In this document: positions 1 to 11,300 of the stretch, one piece after another
Numbering within the stretch: position 1 is the first letter of the stretch
Layout of the letters: every line of letters begins with the position of its first letter
DNA from: Nemertoderma westbladi
Lineage: Eukaryota; Animalia; Xenacoelomorpha
NCBI GenBank assembly: GCA_032718475.1
Contig: JAUCBJ010001580.1
Span: forward strand, 1-45,157
DNA: 45,157 nucleotides
Reading direction: 5' to 3'
The notes under the pieces: generated by a model
The model's input: the letters and a program-made list of their open reading frames with translations, nothing else
What the model was told of the DNA's origin: nothing
Databases searched by the model: none
Made by a program: the position numbers and the translations under genes

Positions 1-2030
1 CTTCTCTTCCGTAACTATATACTTACTATTGGCTTATGCCTACTTGACAGATACCGTATTTCTTTCCGTAATATATACAAGCTGAGTTGTGTATGCACGA
101 CAGTAACATTAATTACATTTAAAGCTGAATTACAGAATATTTATTTGACGGTAATGGGCGGGGGGGGGGGGGGGGGGGGGGGTAATTCTTTTACAGCTTC
201 TTGTGAATAAAAACAACAAAGTTTTACATCGCGGCATTTGATAAAGTATGTCTGTTTATTTTGTTACCGGACAACAACATGTTTTCCCAGTCACCGTTTA
301 AGAAAAACTAATTATAATTTAAATTGTAGTATTTACAGAGACCGGTACCGGCAACTGCAGGCAATAAAATAACCAGAACTTTTGAAGGTTATGATTAATT
401 TTCTAAAATTAAATGTAAATAATATTGAAATTTATAATTTTATGTGGATTTTCAATTTAGTTTAACAAAAATTAGTTATATTTTACAAAGATTGTCAGCA
501 GAAATACAAGAGGGGTCTAAGATATAATGTTGATCAAGTGTAAGGCATCCAACCACCAACCAATTGTTTTCCAGAAATATTACCATTTCAGATAGTAATC
601 TTTCATTTACATGTGGATACCTTCATTCATGTTAAGTGAGTTTGAAACGATTCTGATTATATTTGATATAATTTATTATCGTTTCAATGTGTGTTTGGCG
701 TACACGGGAATATCCAAGGGTAATGAAATTATAACAGCTCTGTTGGGAAAAGCCTTTACCTCACCGGCCATTGGCGACCCTTGTGTAGTACTGTGTGCCC
801 TGATTTCACTGTGGCGGAGAGGTTGGTTACTCTAATCTGTAGCATGCAGGTTTTGCAGCGGAAGCCTTTTTAATAAATATTTTTTTTAAGAGAATTTAAC
901 ACCACATAATATAGTGGTCAAAATTTTCCGTTGCATGACTTGTATTGTTATTGGTTGGCCTAAGCTTAATTTCGAACCACGCCTTTGGTTCGAGTTGTTA
1001 ATGCTTTGCCCCGATTGTGATCGAAGAGAGTGTTGACCCGTGAACCCCTGCTGGGTTCACATGGGTTGTTGATGTTAACCCTAAAGCTCTGGCCTAAATT
1101 GACCCTTTAGGATACTTTCGCATCATCGCTCGATGCGGACCCAGTTCGATAGGTGGTGGGGAGGTGAGGCCTATTGAATTGGCTCCTATTGGTCGATTGG
1201 GCCACCTTCGGTCTCTCACAGTGAACAAAGCCACTCAGCTTTCAAAACATGAGTACGGCTATTTATCCCTGTATATTGTGCATAATTAATTGTGTGTATT
1301 TATTTTCTATATATTTATTTTTATATGATAATAATAATAATATTGGTTTGTGCGTGTAATAATTATTTGTGTATATTATTATGATATTATTTTACTGGAT
1401 TACTGGACCTCTACTTTAATAAATCCGGCGATAAATTGCGGTTAATTGAATTATATTGCAATTAATGCAATTGGAGATGATTTGTACATTAATTCTGTGG
1501 ATCCAAGCAAGGACAGTATTGGAGTGGGGCGAACCACGAAGTTATCAAGCTTAGATAAGAGATGCACTATTGAAACCTTGTTTCTGTCTGTCAGTCTCAG
1601 CTCACCTTAAGCCCCTGGTATCGAGAAATATATACATATACTAAATGTCCCATAGACGCCATGATAAAATAGCAGCTGGTATTCATGAAAATTTCCCCCC
1701 CCCCCCCCCCCCCACCCCCTCCCTGTCTCATGAACATATATCTGTCTACTATAATAATACATCAATTGGAATTATCAATCCCCCTTATTTAAAAAATAAA
1801 AAATTTTATAATCGTACACTAGCTACCATAAAAATGTATTTTACTCGCGATATTTTCGATATTTTTCATCTTGCGATATTTTTACTCTCGATATTTTTAC
1901 TCGCGATATTTTTCAAGTCTAAATATTGTTCACCAATACTAACAACACCGACCTATAGTAAGCTATAACAATGAAATACAGTACTATACCGACCTATGCA
2001 ATACAGAGTTATCCCGAACTACACATTAAT

Positions 2031-2766
2031 TTAGATCCTAGACACGAACTTAGACCCTGGAAGTGTGTGAAATTAGATCCTAGATCCAAACTTAGATCCT
2101 GGAAGCGAGCATCCTAGATACGAACTTAGATCCGAAAGCAACGTGAACATAGATCCTAGATGTGAACATAGATCCTGGAAGCGAACTTAAAACTAGATTA
2201 GATCCTGAAAGCTAACAGATCTTAGATGTGAACTTAGATCCTGGAAGCGAACTTAGATCCTAGATATGACCTTAGATCCTGAAAGCGAACTTAGATCCTA
2301 GATATTAACTTAGATCTTGGAAGCGAACTTAGATCCTGGAAGCGAACTTAGATCCTGGAAGCGAACTTAGATCCTAGATACGAACTTAGATCCGAAAGCA
2401 ACGTGAACATAGATCCTAGATGTGAACATAGATCCTGGAAGCGAACTTAAAACTAGATTAGATTCTGAAAGCTAACAGATCTTAGATGTGAACTTAGATC
2501 CTGGAAGGGAACTTAGATCCTAGATATGAACTTAGATCCTGAAAGCGAACTTAGATCCTAGATATGAACTTAGATCCTGGAAGCAAACTTATATCCTAGA
2601 TATGATCTTAGATTCTGGAAGCGAACTTAGATCTTGGAAGCAACACGATCTCGGATACTACTGTAGATGTGAACATAGATCCTATACACGAACTTAAATC
2701 GTAGATGCGAACTTAGATCCTGGAAACGAACTTAGATCCTAAGCACGAACTTAGATCCTGGAAACG
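2031..2766. repeat. ~19-bp minisatellite (GAACTTAGATCCT[AG]GA...) with a 260-bp higher-order duplication
   Basis: Dozens of GAACTTAGATCC units; 2111-2320 recurs almost identically at 2371-2580. Confidence 0.92.
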
Positions 2767-2771
2767 ACATA

Positions 2772-3167
2772 CTGAATCATATTGATCGAGCCGAATAGAA
2801 CTTATCAAGCCGAGTCGAGCCCAATCAAGCCGGATGAGCCCAATCGAGCCAGACCGAGCCGAATAGCCCAATGAGTCGAGTCGAGTCCAATCAAGCCTTG
2901 TCGAGCCCAATTGAACCGGACCGAGCCGAGTTGAGCCCAATCGATCAGAGTCGCGCCCAATCGAGCCGAGTCAAGCCAAGTCGAGCAGATTCAGCCGAGT
3001 CGAGCCCAATTGAGCCAGACCGAGCCGATTCAAGCCGAATCGAGCCTATTTAACCGAATCGAGTCGGACCGAGCCGAGTCGATCCCAATCGAGTCGAGCC
3101 ATGGCCTACTTAAATATTATATTTAAGTAGGCCATGGTCGAGACCAATCGAGCCGAACCGAGCCAAT
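2772..3167. repeat. 5-bp-based satellite (CGAGC/CGAGT/CCAAT), copy 1
   Basis: Degenerate GAGCC-GAGTC-CCAAT pentamer runs; homologous to 7446-8238, including the leader CTGAATCATA..GATCGAGCC.AATAGAAC. Confidence 0.9.
3099..3137. other. Perfect 39-bp palindrome (19-bp arms, 1-nt centre) interrupting the satellite
   Basis: CCATGGCCTACTTAAATAT-T-ATATTTAAGTAGGCCATGG; the arms are exact reverse complements. Confidence 0.95.
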
Positions 3168-3230
3168 CGTTGTCTCTTTTATTTGAAATAAAAAGTCGGT
3201 TCCTTATCGGGCCGCTAGGCCCGTCACTAG
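3168..3230 (+). mobile_element. 3' terminal module (type B) of rolling-circle unit U0; 5' end not identified
   Basis: TCGGTTCCTTA + hairpin CGGGCC-GCTA-GGCCCG + TCA-CTAG, same as six downstream copies. Confidence 0.8.
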
Positions 3231-4164
3231 TTAGCAAGTCGTTAGACTTGATTACTGTAAGAATTGTTGACTGACTGGCTGACTGGCTGGCTGACTGGCT
3301 GGCTGACTGACTGATCTACAGCCAAAACTACTCTAACGAATTTGATGAAATTTTCACAGCGACTAGATACCACGATTCTAAGGTCCCTGGTATGATCGGC
3401 TACTCCGTCCATAGCCTCTGGGCTCGAAAAATAGAGATAAACGAAAAAACGCCATAGGCGCAATGGTAAAATAACACCAATGACAGCTGGTGTCCTGATG
3501 AAAAATGGCTTATGTAATGCATTTCTACACATGGCTTAGTATAAATCGATGAGGTTGCCAAGATTATTGTACTTAGTACACCCATACTGTTTGTTTAGGC
3601 CCTGCACTCTCTGTCAAAGCAAATATTAACTGGTTGATTTAGTTTGTCTGGTTGATTTAGTGCAAGCTGAATGACTGTAGGTTACAGAGTACTATTGCAC
3701 TGTATTTTATTTTTAAATCTTTTGGCCAACATTAATACTGTGGAGGCTTTATGCTTATAAGGCGGAATGTTTACTCAGCCTCATACTGATACTCTGTAAG
3801 GCTTACACTAACATTATAGTTTGAAATATAAAAATAACTGCTTATTATCTGTATTGGGTTAATCATTGTGGCATTCAAAATGTTTTGTTAGGTGAATGAC
3901 ATTTAGTGGCTAAGATTATTCTCTGTCAGATTCCCTTCACACCATAGGCAAACATTGTTGAGGCTGAGGGAATTTACTTTAGTTTACTCTACTGAGTCAT
4001 TCAGCTGAATGGATTTGAGCAATTGCCAAATTACAGAGTGGGATCTCTCTCTGACCATAGATAAATAACACTTCCCTTCTGAACAAAGGTAAACATTGTT
4101 GAGGGAACTTACCTTTGATTGACGACTTCCGACTTGCTTAACGGCGTCTTGACGCCGTCACTAG
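3231..4164 (+). mobile_element. Non-autonomous Helitron/Helentron-like unit U1 (family A, matched ends)
   Basis: 5' TTAGCAAGTCG with hairpin CAAGTC-GTTA-GACTTG, then CTGA/CTGG microsatellite; 3' CGACTTGCT (reverse complement of AGCAAGTCG) + hairpin ACGGCGTC-TT-GACGCCGT + CA-CTAG. Confidence 0.82.
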
Positions 4165-5661
4165 TTAGGAACCGAGAGGTTCATTACTGTAAGAATTGTT
4201 TGCTGATTGATTGATTGACTGGCTGATCTACAGCCAAAACTACTCTAACGATTTTGATGAAATTTTCACAGTGGCTTGATACCGCGATTCGAAGGTCCCT
4301 GGTATGTTCCGCTATTTCGTCCATGAGCCGTGGGCTCGAAAAATAGACATAAACGAAAAAACGCCATAGGCGCAATGGTAAAATAACACCAATAACAGCT
4401 GGTGTCGTGATGAAAAATGGCTTATGTAATGCATTTCTACAGAAGGCTTAGTAATAAATCGATGAGGTTGCCAAGATTATTATACTCAGTACACCCGTAC
4501 TGTTTGTATAGGCCACCACTCTCTGTCAATGCAAACATTAACTGGTTGGTTTAGTTTGAAATCTAATATCGCCTCAGCTGAATTACTCTTCACAATGCTA
4601 TCTATGGGAATATCTCACTCTGCTAATGTAAGCTGAATGACTGTTACGTACACAGTAACACAGTGAGTTGGCTACATTAATGCCAACATTATTGCAAAAT
4701 GTTTTATTGTTGGATTACTCTCTGTCAGTCTCCCCTTCAGAACATTGTATAGGGAATTTACTTTAGTTTACTCTACTGTGCCATTCAGCTGAATGGATTT
4801 GAGCGATTGCCAAGTTACAGAGTTGGATCATTCTCTGACCATAGGCAAAGACATCAAATCTTTTTAAAAATATACTTTTTCCATGTTTTTTTTTCTGACC
4901 AAAAATTTCAAAAAAAAAATTTTCGTAGCCAGTACTGCCAATCGATTCGCCATCAAAAATAACGCAAAAAATTTTTTTTGCTAAATTTTAAATTACTGTA
5001 AATTTTTGGCGACTGGGGGGGGGGTCAATTTTTTTCGATCCGCTATAACTCCGGAACGCTTTGTCCAAATTCGATGGGGTTTTCATTTTTCAACTTAATT
5101 CGATGTCCTCTTTCAGCCTATCCATGTTTCGAAACCCCAAACAGCGCCGTTCAAAAATTATTTTTTTCTAGTTCTAGAATTTTACAAATTTCAAAAAAGT
5201 TGCAGTATTTTATTAACGCCTTTACGGAATTCGATAGCGTTTTCAATTTTTATATTAAACGCAATATCTTGAATCTCACTAGCCTAGTTTCGCGTCACCA
5301 ATGCCAAGACTTCATACTTGTTGAGGAAAATTTTTCTAGAATAATTTTTATTTAATTACATTTATCGCGATTTCTTATTACTGGTTGCACATGAATTGAT
5401 GGAGTTTTCAATTTATTAACTAAACACGATATCGCGCATTGCACCAGCGTGGTTTCGAAATTCCAAAACGAGGTCTTCACTAGTTGCAGGTCGATTTGGT
5501 TCTAGAATTGAGCAACTAATAATAGATCGAATTTATTAATAATTATTGTATGAAATATGATTGTATTTTTACATAATTATTAGTTCTATACTAATTCTCG
5601 TTGTCTCTTTTATTTAAAATAAAAAGTCGGTTCCTTATCGGGCCGCTAGGCCCGTCACTAG
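4165..5661 (+). mobile_element. Non-autonomous Helitron/Helentron-like unit U2 (family B, ~1.5 kb)
   Basis: 5' TTAGGAACCGA with hairpin GAACC-GAGA-GGTTC; 3' TCGGTTCCT (5627-5635) + GC hairpin + CTAG; body shared with U4-U7. Confidence 0.85.
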
Positions 5662-6355
5662 TTAGGAACCGAGAGGTTCATTACTGTAAGAATTGCTCGA
5701 GACTGGCTGGCTGACTGATCTACAGCCAAAACTACTCTAACGATTTTGATGAAATTTTCACGGCGGCTAGATACGGCGATTCTAAGGTCCCTTGTATGTT
5801 CCGCTATTTCGTCCATGAGCCATGGGCTCGAAAAATAGACATAAACGAAAAAACGCCATAGGCGCAATGATAAAAACACCAGCTGGCACTCATGAAAAAT
5901 GGATAGAGATGGCCTAGTAATGTTATTCTATAGGAATGGCCACCTAACGAGGAAATGCTTTCTGTGCCAAGTATTATCCTCACTTTACAACTCAGACAGT
6001 AAGCAAACAAAAGCTGTGGGCTTCTAATGTATTACATCATAAGCTGATTGCTCTCCCAATAGCCCTCACACACTCACTGAATCGAATGAAATCGAATATC
6101 TATTAGCTTAATGCGAATAGCTGGTAAGCTGAATGCCATTTTAGTTATTGTGTACTGTTGATTGCAGAGTTGACTGCTATGTTGTATGTATTTAATTAAA
6201 GTAATTTTCGTAGAGGGAAGTTAATTTGGGATTACTCTCTATCAGATGTAAGCAAAGCTGTTCAGGGGTGGGTCGTGGGACCCAAATATAGTACTATTCA
6301 TGGCAAACATTAATAAAATCATTCAGTCAACCTGAAGGGTATTTGCTTTAGTTAA

Positions 6356-6844
6356 CCCTATCCATACCGGGGTACTTTAGACGCTCAAACTACCGGGGGG
6401 GGGGGGGACTTTTGGGGACGTAAAGTTTGGAAGCATATAACTTTGTGTGGTGTGATGATATTACTTTAAAGTAAAAAGTTTTAGATACAAAATTTATTCC
6501 TCTATCCAAATATGCCACACACTAATGCTGAAATATAATATTTATATACTATAATTATGTTTAAATTGATTTTAAATTTATATTAAATTGATTGAATTTT
6601 AAATTTCCCGCCTATAATAGTTCAGCAATAATATGACAGTTTCAGAGACAGGTCAGTTTACGAGTCATTTTCATGGTCATAAATAATAATATGAAAATTA
6701 ATTTTTGTTTTAAGATAAAGAATAATAAATTTTAGGAAAAGTAACGGAATTTCACTTGCAATAAATGTGGTTTGGCTTTGAACCAAGCAATCAAATAAAG
6801 TGCGTCTCCAAAAGTCCCCCCCCCCCCCCCCGGTATGGATAGGG
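6356..6844. mobile_element. piggyBac-type MITE (489 bp)
   Basis: TTAA at 6352-6355 and 6845-6848; 17-bp TIR CCCTATCCATACCGGGG / CCCCGGTATGGATAGGG; subterminal inverted repeat TACCG(n)ACTTTTGG.GACG; no ORF. Confidence 0.9.
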
Positions 6845-7105
6845 TTAACTACAGTGTGAAAAGCGAATTTATAATGTTACCCATACGTCAGGTAAATTAA
6901 TTTTTAGATATTTTGTACTGAAGGCAACGATTTCTGATATAATTAAAATACCGGTACAAATTGATTCATTTTTATTTTTTATTCTTATTTTTATTTTATA
7001 TCTATTTTATTGATAAAATAATATTATGATTTTACCGAATTTTATTTACCCCGTTGGGAAGTGTATATTATTATATTATTATTAAAATACAAGACAGGGG
7101 CTTGT

Positions 7106-7436
7106 TTCGATATATGTAGGTGCGCCCTTCGAGCAGCACGTGAGTTAATCAAATATTAGACACAATGTTTGACTTTGTCCCTTCGAGCAGCCACGTGAGT
7201 TTGGCTTTGACCCTTCGATATATGTATTTGCGCCCTTCGAGCAGCACGTGAGTTACATCAAATATTAGACACACTGTTTGACTTTGTCCATTCGAGCAGC
7301 ACGTGAGTTTTGCTTTCACCCTTGATATATGATGTTGCGCCCTTCGAGCAGCACGTGAGTTTCATCAAATAATAGACACACTGTTTGACTTTGTCCCTTC
7401 GAGCAGCACGTGAGTTTGACTTTGACCCTTCCAGCA
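7106..7436. repeat. ~108-bp tandem repeat x3, each with two CCCTTCGAGCAGCACGTGAGTT-like subunits
   Basis: Units start near 7106, 7214 and 7322; six CACGTG cores. Confidence 0.88.
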
Positions 7437-7445
7437 GCGTGTGTC

Positions 7446-8238
7446 AATCGAGCTGAATCATACCGATCGAGCCTAATAGAACCCATATAGGCGATGAAGC
7501 ATAATCGAGCCCAATTGAGCCGAGTCAAGCCGAACGGAGCCGAGTTGAGCCCAATCAAGCCGAGTCGAGCCAGACTGAGCCGAGTAAAGCCCAATTGAGT
7601 AGAGTCGAGCCCAATAGAGCCGAGTCGAGCCCAATTGAGCCGGACCGAGCCAAGTCGAGCCCAATTGAGCCAAGTTGAGCCAAATCGAGTTGAGTCGACT
7701 CAGACCGAGCCGAGCCGAGCCCAATCGAGCCGAGTCGAGCCATGTCACGCCAAATTGAGCCGGACTGAGTCGAGTCGAGACCAATCAAGCTGAGTCGAGC
7801 CCAATCGAGCCGAGTCGAGCCACACGGAGCCGAGTTGAGTCTAATCAAGCCGAGTCGAGCCAGACTGAGCCGAGTTAAGCCCAATCGAATCGAGTCGAGC
7901 CCAATAGAGCCGAGTCGAGCCCAATCAAGCCTAGTCGAGCCCAATTGAGCTGGACCGAGCCCAGTCGAGCCGGACTGAGCCAAGTTGAGCTAAATCGAGC
8001 CGAGTCAAGCCCAATCAATCCCAATCGAGCCGATTCGAGCCCAATCGAGCCGAGTCGAGACCAATCAAGCCGAGTCGAGCCGGACCGAGCTAAGTCGAGC
8101 CCAATGAAGCCGATTGAGATGAATCAAGCTGAGTCGAGTCGAGCCCAATCAAGCCGAGTCGAGCCCAATCGAGCCAAACCGAGCCGATCAAGCCAAGTCG
8201 AACTGAATCGAGCCCAATCGTGCCAGACTGACCCGAGC
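7446..8238. repeat. 5-bp-based satellite (CGAGC/CGAGT/CCAAT), copy 2
   Basis: Same pentamer grammar as 2772-3167, again directly followed by the type B terminal module. Confidence 0.9.
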
Positions 8239-8302
8239 TCGTTGTCTCTTTTATTTGAAATAAAAAGTCGGTTCCTTATCGGGCCGCTAGGCCCGTCACT
8301 AG

Positions 8303-11300
8303 TTACTGTAAGAATTGCTCGTGACTGACTGGCTGGCTGACTGATCTACAGCCAAAACTACTCTAACGATTTTGATGAAATTTTCACAGCATCTAGATAC
8401 CGCGATTATAAGGTCCCTGGTATGGTCCGCTATTTCGTCCATGAGCCGTGGGCTCGAAAAATAGACATAAACGAAAAAACGCCATAGGCGCAATGGTAAA
8501 ATAACACCAATAACAGCTGGTGTCGTGATGAAAAATGGCTTATGTAATGCATTTCTACAGAAGGCTTAGTAATAAATCGATGAGGTTGCCAAGATTATTA
8601 TACTCAGTACACCCATACTGTTTGTATAGGCCACCACTCTCTGTCAAAGCAAACATTATTAACTGGTTGGTTTAGTTTGAAATCTATTATCGCCTCAGCT
8701 GAATTACTCTTCCCAATGCAATCTATGGGAATATGTCACTCTGCTAATGTAAGCTGAATGAATGTACACAGTGAGTTGGCTACATTAATGCCAACATTAT
8801 TGCTAAATGTTTTATTGTTGGATTACTCTCTGTCAGTCTCCCCTTCAGAACATTGTATAGGGAATTTACTTTAGTTTACTCTACTGTGCCATTCAGCTGA
8901 ATGGATTTGAGCGATTGCCAAGTTACAGAGTTGGATCATTCTCTGACCATAGGCAAAGACATAAAATCTTTTTAAAAATATACTTTTTCCATGTTTTTTT
9001 TTCTGACCAAAAATTTCAAAAAAAATTTTTTTGTAGCCAGTCGATCGATTCGCCATCAAAAATAACGCAAAAAAATTTTTTTGCAAAATTTTAAATTACT
9101 GTAAATTTTTGGCGACTGGGGGGGGTCAATTTTTTTCGATCCGCTATAACTCCGGAACGCTTCGTCAAAATTCGATGGGGTTTTCATTTTTCAACTTAAT
9201 TCGATGTCCTCTTTCAGCCTATCCATGTTTCGAAACCCCAAACAGCGCCGTTCAAAAATTATTTTTTTCTAGTTCTAGAATTTTACAAATTTCAAAAAAG
9301 TTGCAGTATTTTATTAACGCCTTTACGGAATTCGATAGTGTTTTCGATTTTTATATTAAACGCAATATCCTGAATCTTACTAGCCTAGTTTCGCGTCACC
9401 AATGCCAAGACTTCATACTTTTTGAGGAAAATTTTTCTAGAATTTTTTTTTTTTTTTATTTTTATTTAATTACATTTATAGCGTTTTCTCATTACTGGTT
9501 GCACGTGAATTGATGGAGTTTTCAATTTATTAACTAAACGCGATATCGCGCATCGCACCAGCGTGGTTTCGAAATTCCAAAACGAGGTCTTTACTAGTTG
9601 CAGGTCGATTTTGTTCTAGAATTGAGCAACTAATAATAGATCGAATTTATTAATAATTATTGTATGAAATATGATTGTATTTTTACATAATTATTATTAG
9701 TTCTATACTAATTCTCGTTGTCTCTTTTATTTAAAATAAAAAGTCGGTTCCTTATCGGGCCGCTAGGCCCGTCACTAGTTAGCAAGTCGTTAGACTTGAT
9801 TACTGTAAGAATTGTTGGCTGACTGACTGGCTGGCTGACTGACTGGCTGGCTGATCTACAGCCAAAACTACTCTAACGATTTTGATGAAATTTTCACAGC
9901 GGCTAGATACCGCGATTCTAAGGTCCCTGGTATGTTCCGCTATTTCGTCCATGAGCCGTGGGCTCGAAAAATAGACATAAACGAAAAAACGCCATAGGCG
10001 CAATGGTAAAATAACATCAATAACAGCTGGTTTCGTGATGAAAAATGGCTTATGTAATGGATTTCTACACAAGGCTTAGTATAAATCGATGAGGTTGCCA
10101 AGAATATTGTACTTAGTACACCCATACTGTTTGTTTAGGCCCTAGGACACTCTGTCAAAGCAAATATTAACTGGTTGATTCAGTTTGAAATCTAATATCG
10201 CCTCAGCTGAATTACTCTTCCCAATGCAATCTATGGAAATATCTCACTCTGCTAATGTAAGCTGAATGACTGTTACGTACACAGTGAGTTGGCTACATTA
10301 ATGCCAACATTATTGCAAAATGTTTTATTGTTGGATTACTCTCTGTCAGTCACCCCTTCAGAACATTGTATAGGGAATTTACTTTAGTTTACTCTACTGT
10401 GCCATTCAGCTGAATGGATTTGAGCGATTGCCAAGTTACAGAGTTGGATCATTCTCTGACCATAGGCAAAGACATCAAATCTTTTTAAGAATATACTTTT
10501 TCCATGTTTTTTTTTCTGACCAAAAATTTCAAAAAAATTTTTTCGTAGCCAGTACTGCCAATCGATTCGCCATCAAAAATAACGCAAAAAATTTTTTTTG
10601 CAAAATTTTAAATTACTGTAAATTTTTGGCAACTGGGGGGGGTCAATTTTTTCGATCCGCTATAACTCCGGAACGCTTTGTCCAAATTCGATGGGGTTTT
10701 CATTTTTCAACTTAATTCGATGTCCTCTTTCAGCCTATCCATGTTTCGAAACCCCAAACAGCGCCGTTCAAAAATTATTTTTTTCTAGTTCTAGAATTTT
10801 ACAAATTTCAAAAAAGTTGCAGTATTTTATTAACGCCTTTACGGAATTCGATAGCGTTTTCGATTTTTATATTAAACGCAATATCCTGAATCTCACTAGC
10901 CTAGTTTCGCGTCACCAATGCCAAGACTTCATACTTTTTGAGGAAAATTTTTCTAGAATAATTTTTATTTAATTACATTTATCGCGATTTCTTATTACTG
11001 GTTGCACATGAATTGATGGAGTTTTCAATTTATTAACTAAACACGATATCGCGCATCGCACCAGCGTGGTTTCGAAATTACCAAAACGAGGTCTTCACTA
11101 GTTGCAGGTCGATTTTGTTCTAGAATTGAGCAACTAATAATATATCGAATTTATTAATAATTATTGTATGAAATATGATTGTATTTTTACATAACTATTA
11201 GTTCTATACTAATTCTCGTTGTCTCTTTTATTTAAAATAAAAAGTCGGTTCCTTATCGGGCCGCTAGGCCCGTCACTAGTTAGGAACCGATAGGTTCATT

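Larger units (their letters stand above)
5662..8302 (+). mobile_element. Helitron/Helentron-like unit U3 (family B ends, divergent 2.6 kb body with cargo)
   Basis: Type B head and terminator; similarity to the other units decays after ~5900; contains a MITE, a 108-bp minisatellite and the pentamer satellite. Confidence 0.75.

Noticed and set aside
159-183. Long G/C homopolymers (also ~1694-1720 and ~20577-20605)
   Set aside because: Common low-complexity tracts of uncertain length, with no associated structure.
770-785. CA-T-TGGCGACC as an LTR end plus primer-binding site
   Set aside because: No second LTR or gag ORF found; the match is too short.
1543-1600. TTATC..GATAA hairpin plus CTGT repeat as the missing head of U0
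   Set aside because: Lacks the AGGAACCGA subTIR expected for a type B end.
3440-3510. CTGATGA and GAAA suggesting a hammerhead ribozyme
   Set aside because: The required stems are not evident and most unit copies read GTGATGA.
5585-5661. TCTATACTAAT...CTAG as a ~77-bp canonical mini-Helitron
   Set aside because: Preceded by T rather than A, and absent from the U0 and U3 ends; subTIR pairing points to the TTA heads as the true 5' ends.
2713-8328. SSPIEP/LGSTRL-rich ORFs
   Set aside because: Translations of the pentamer satellite.
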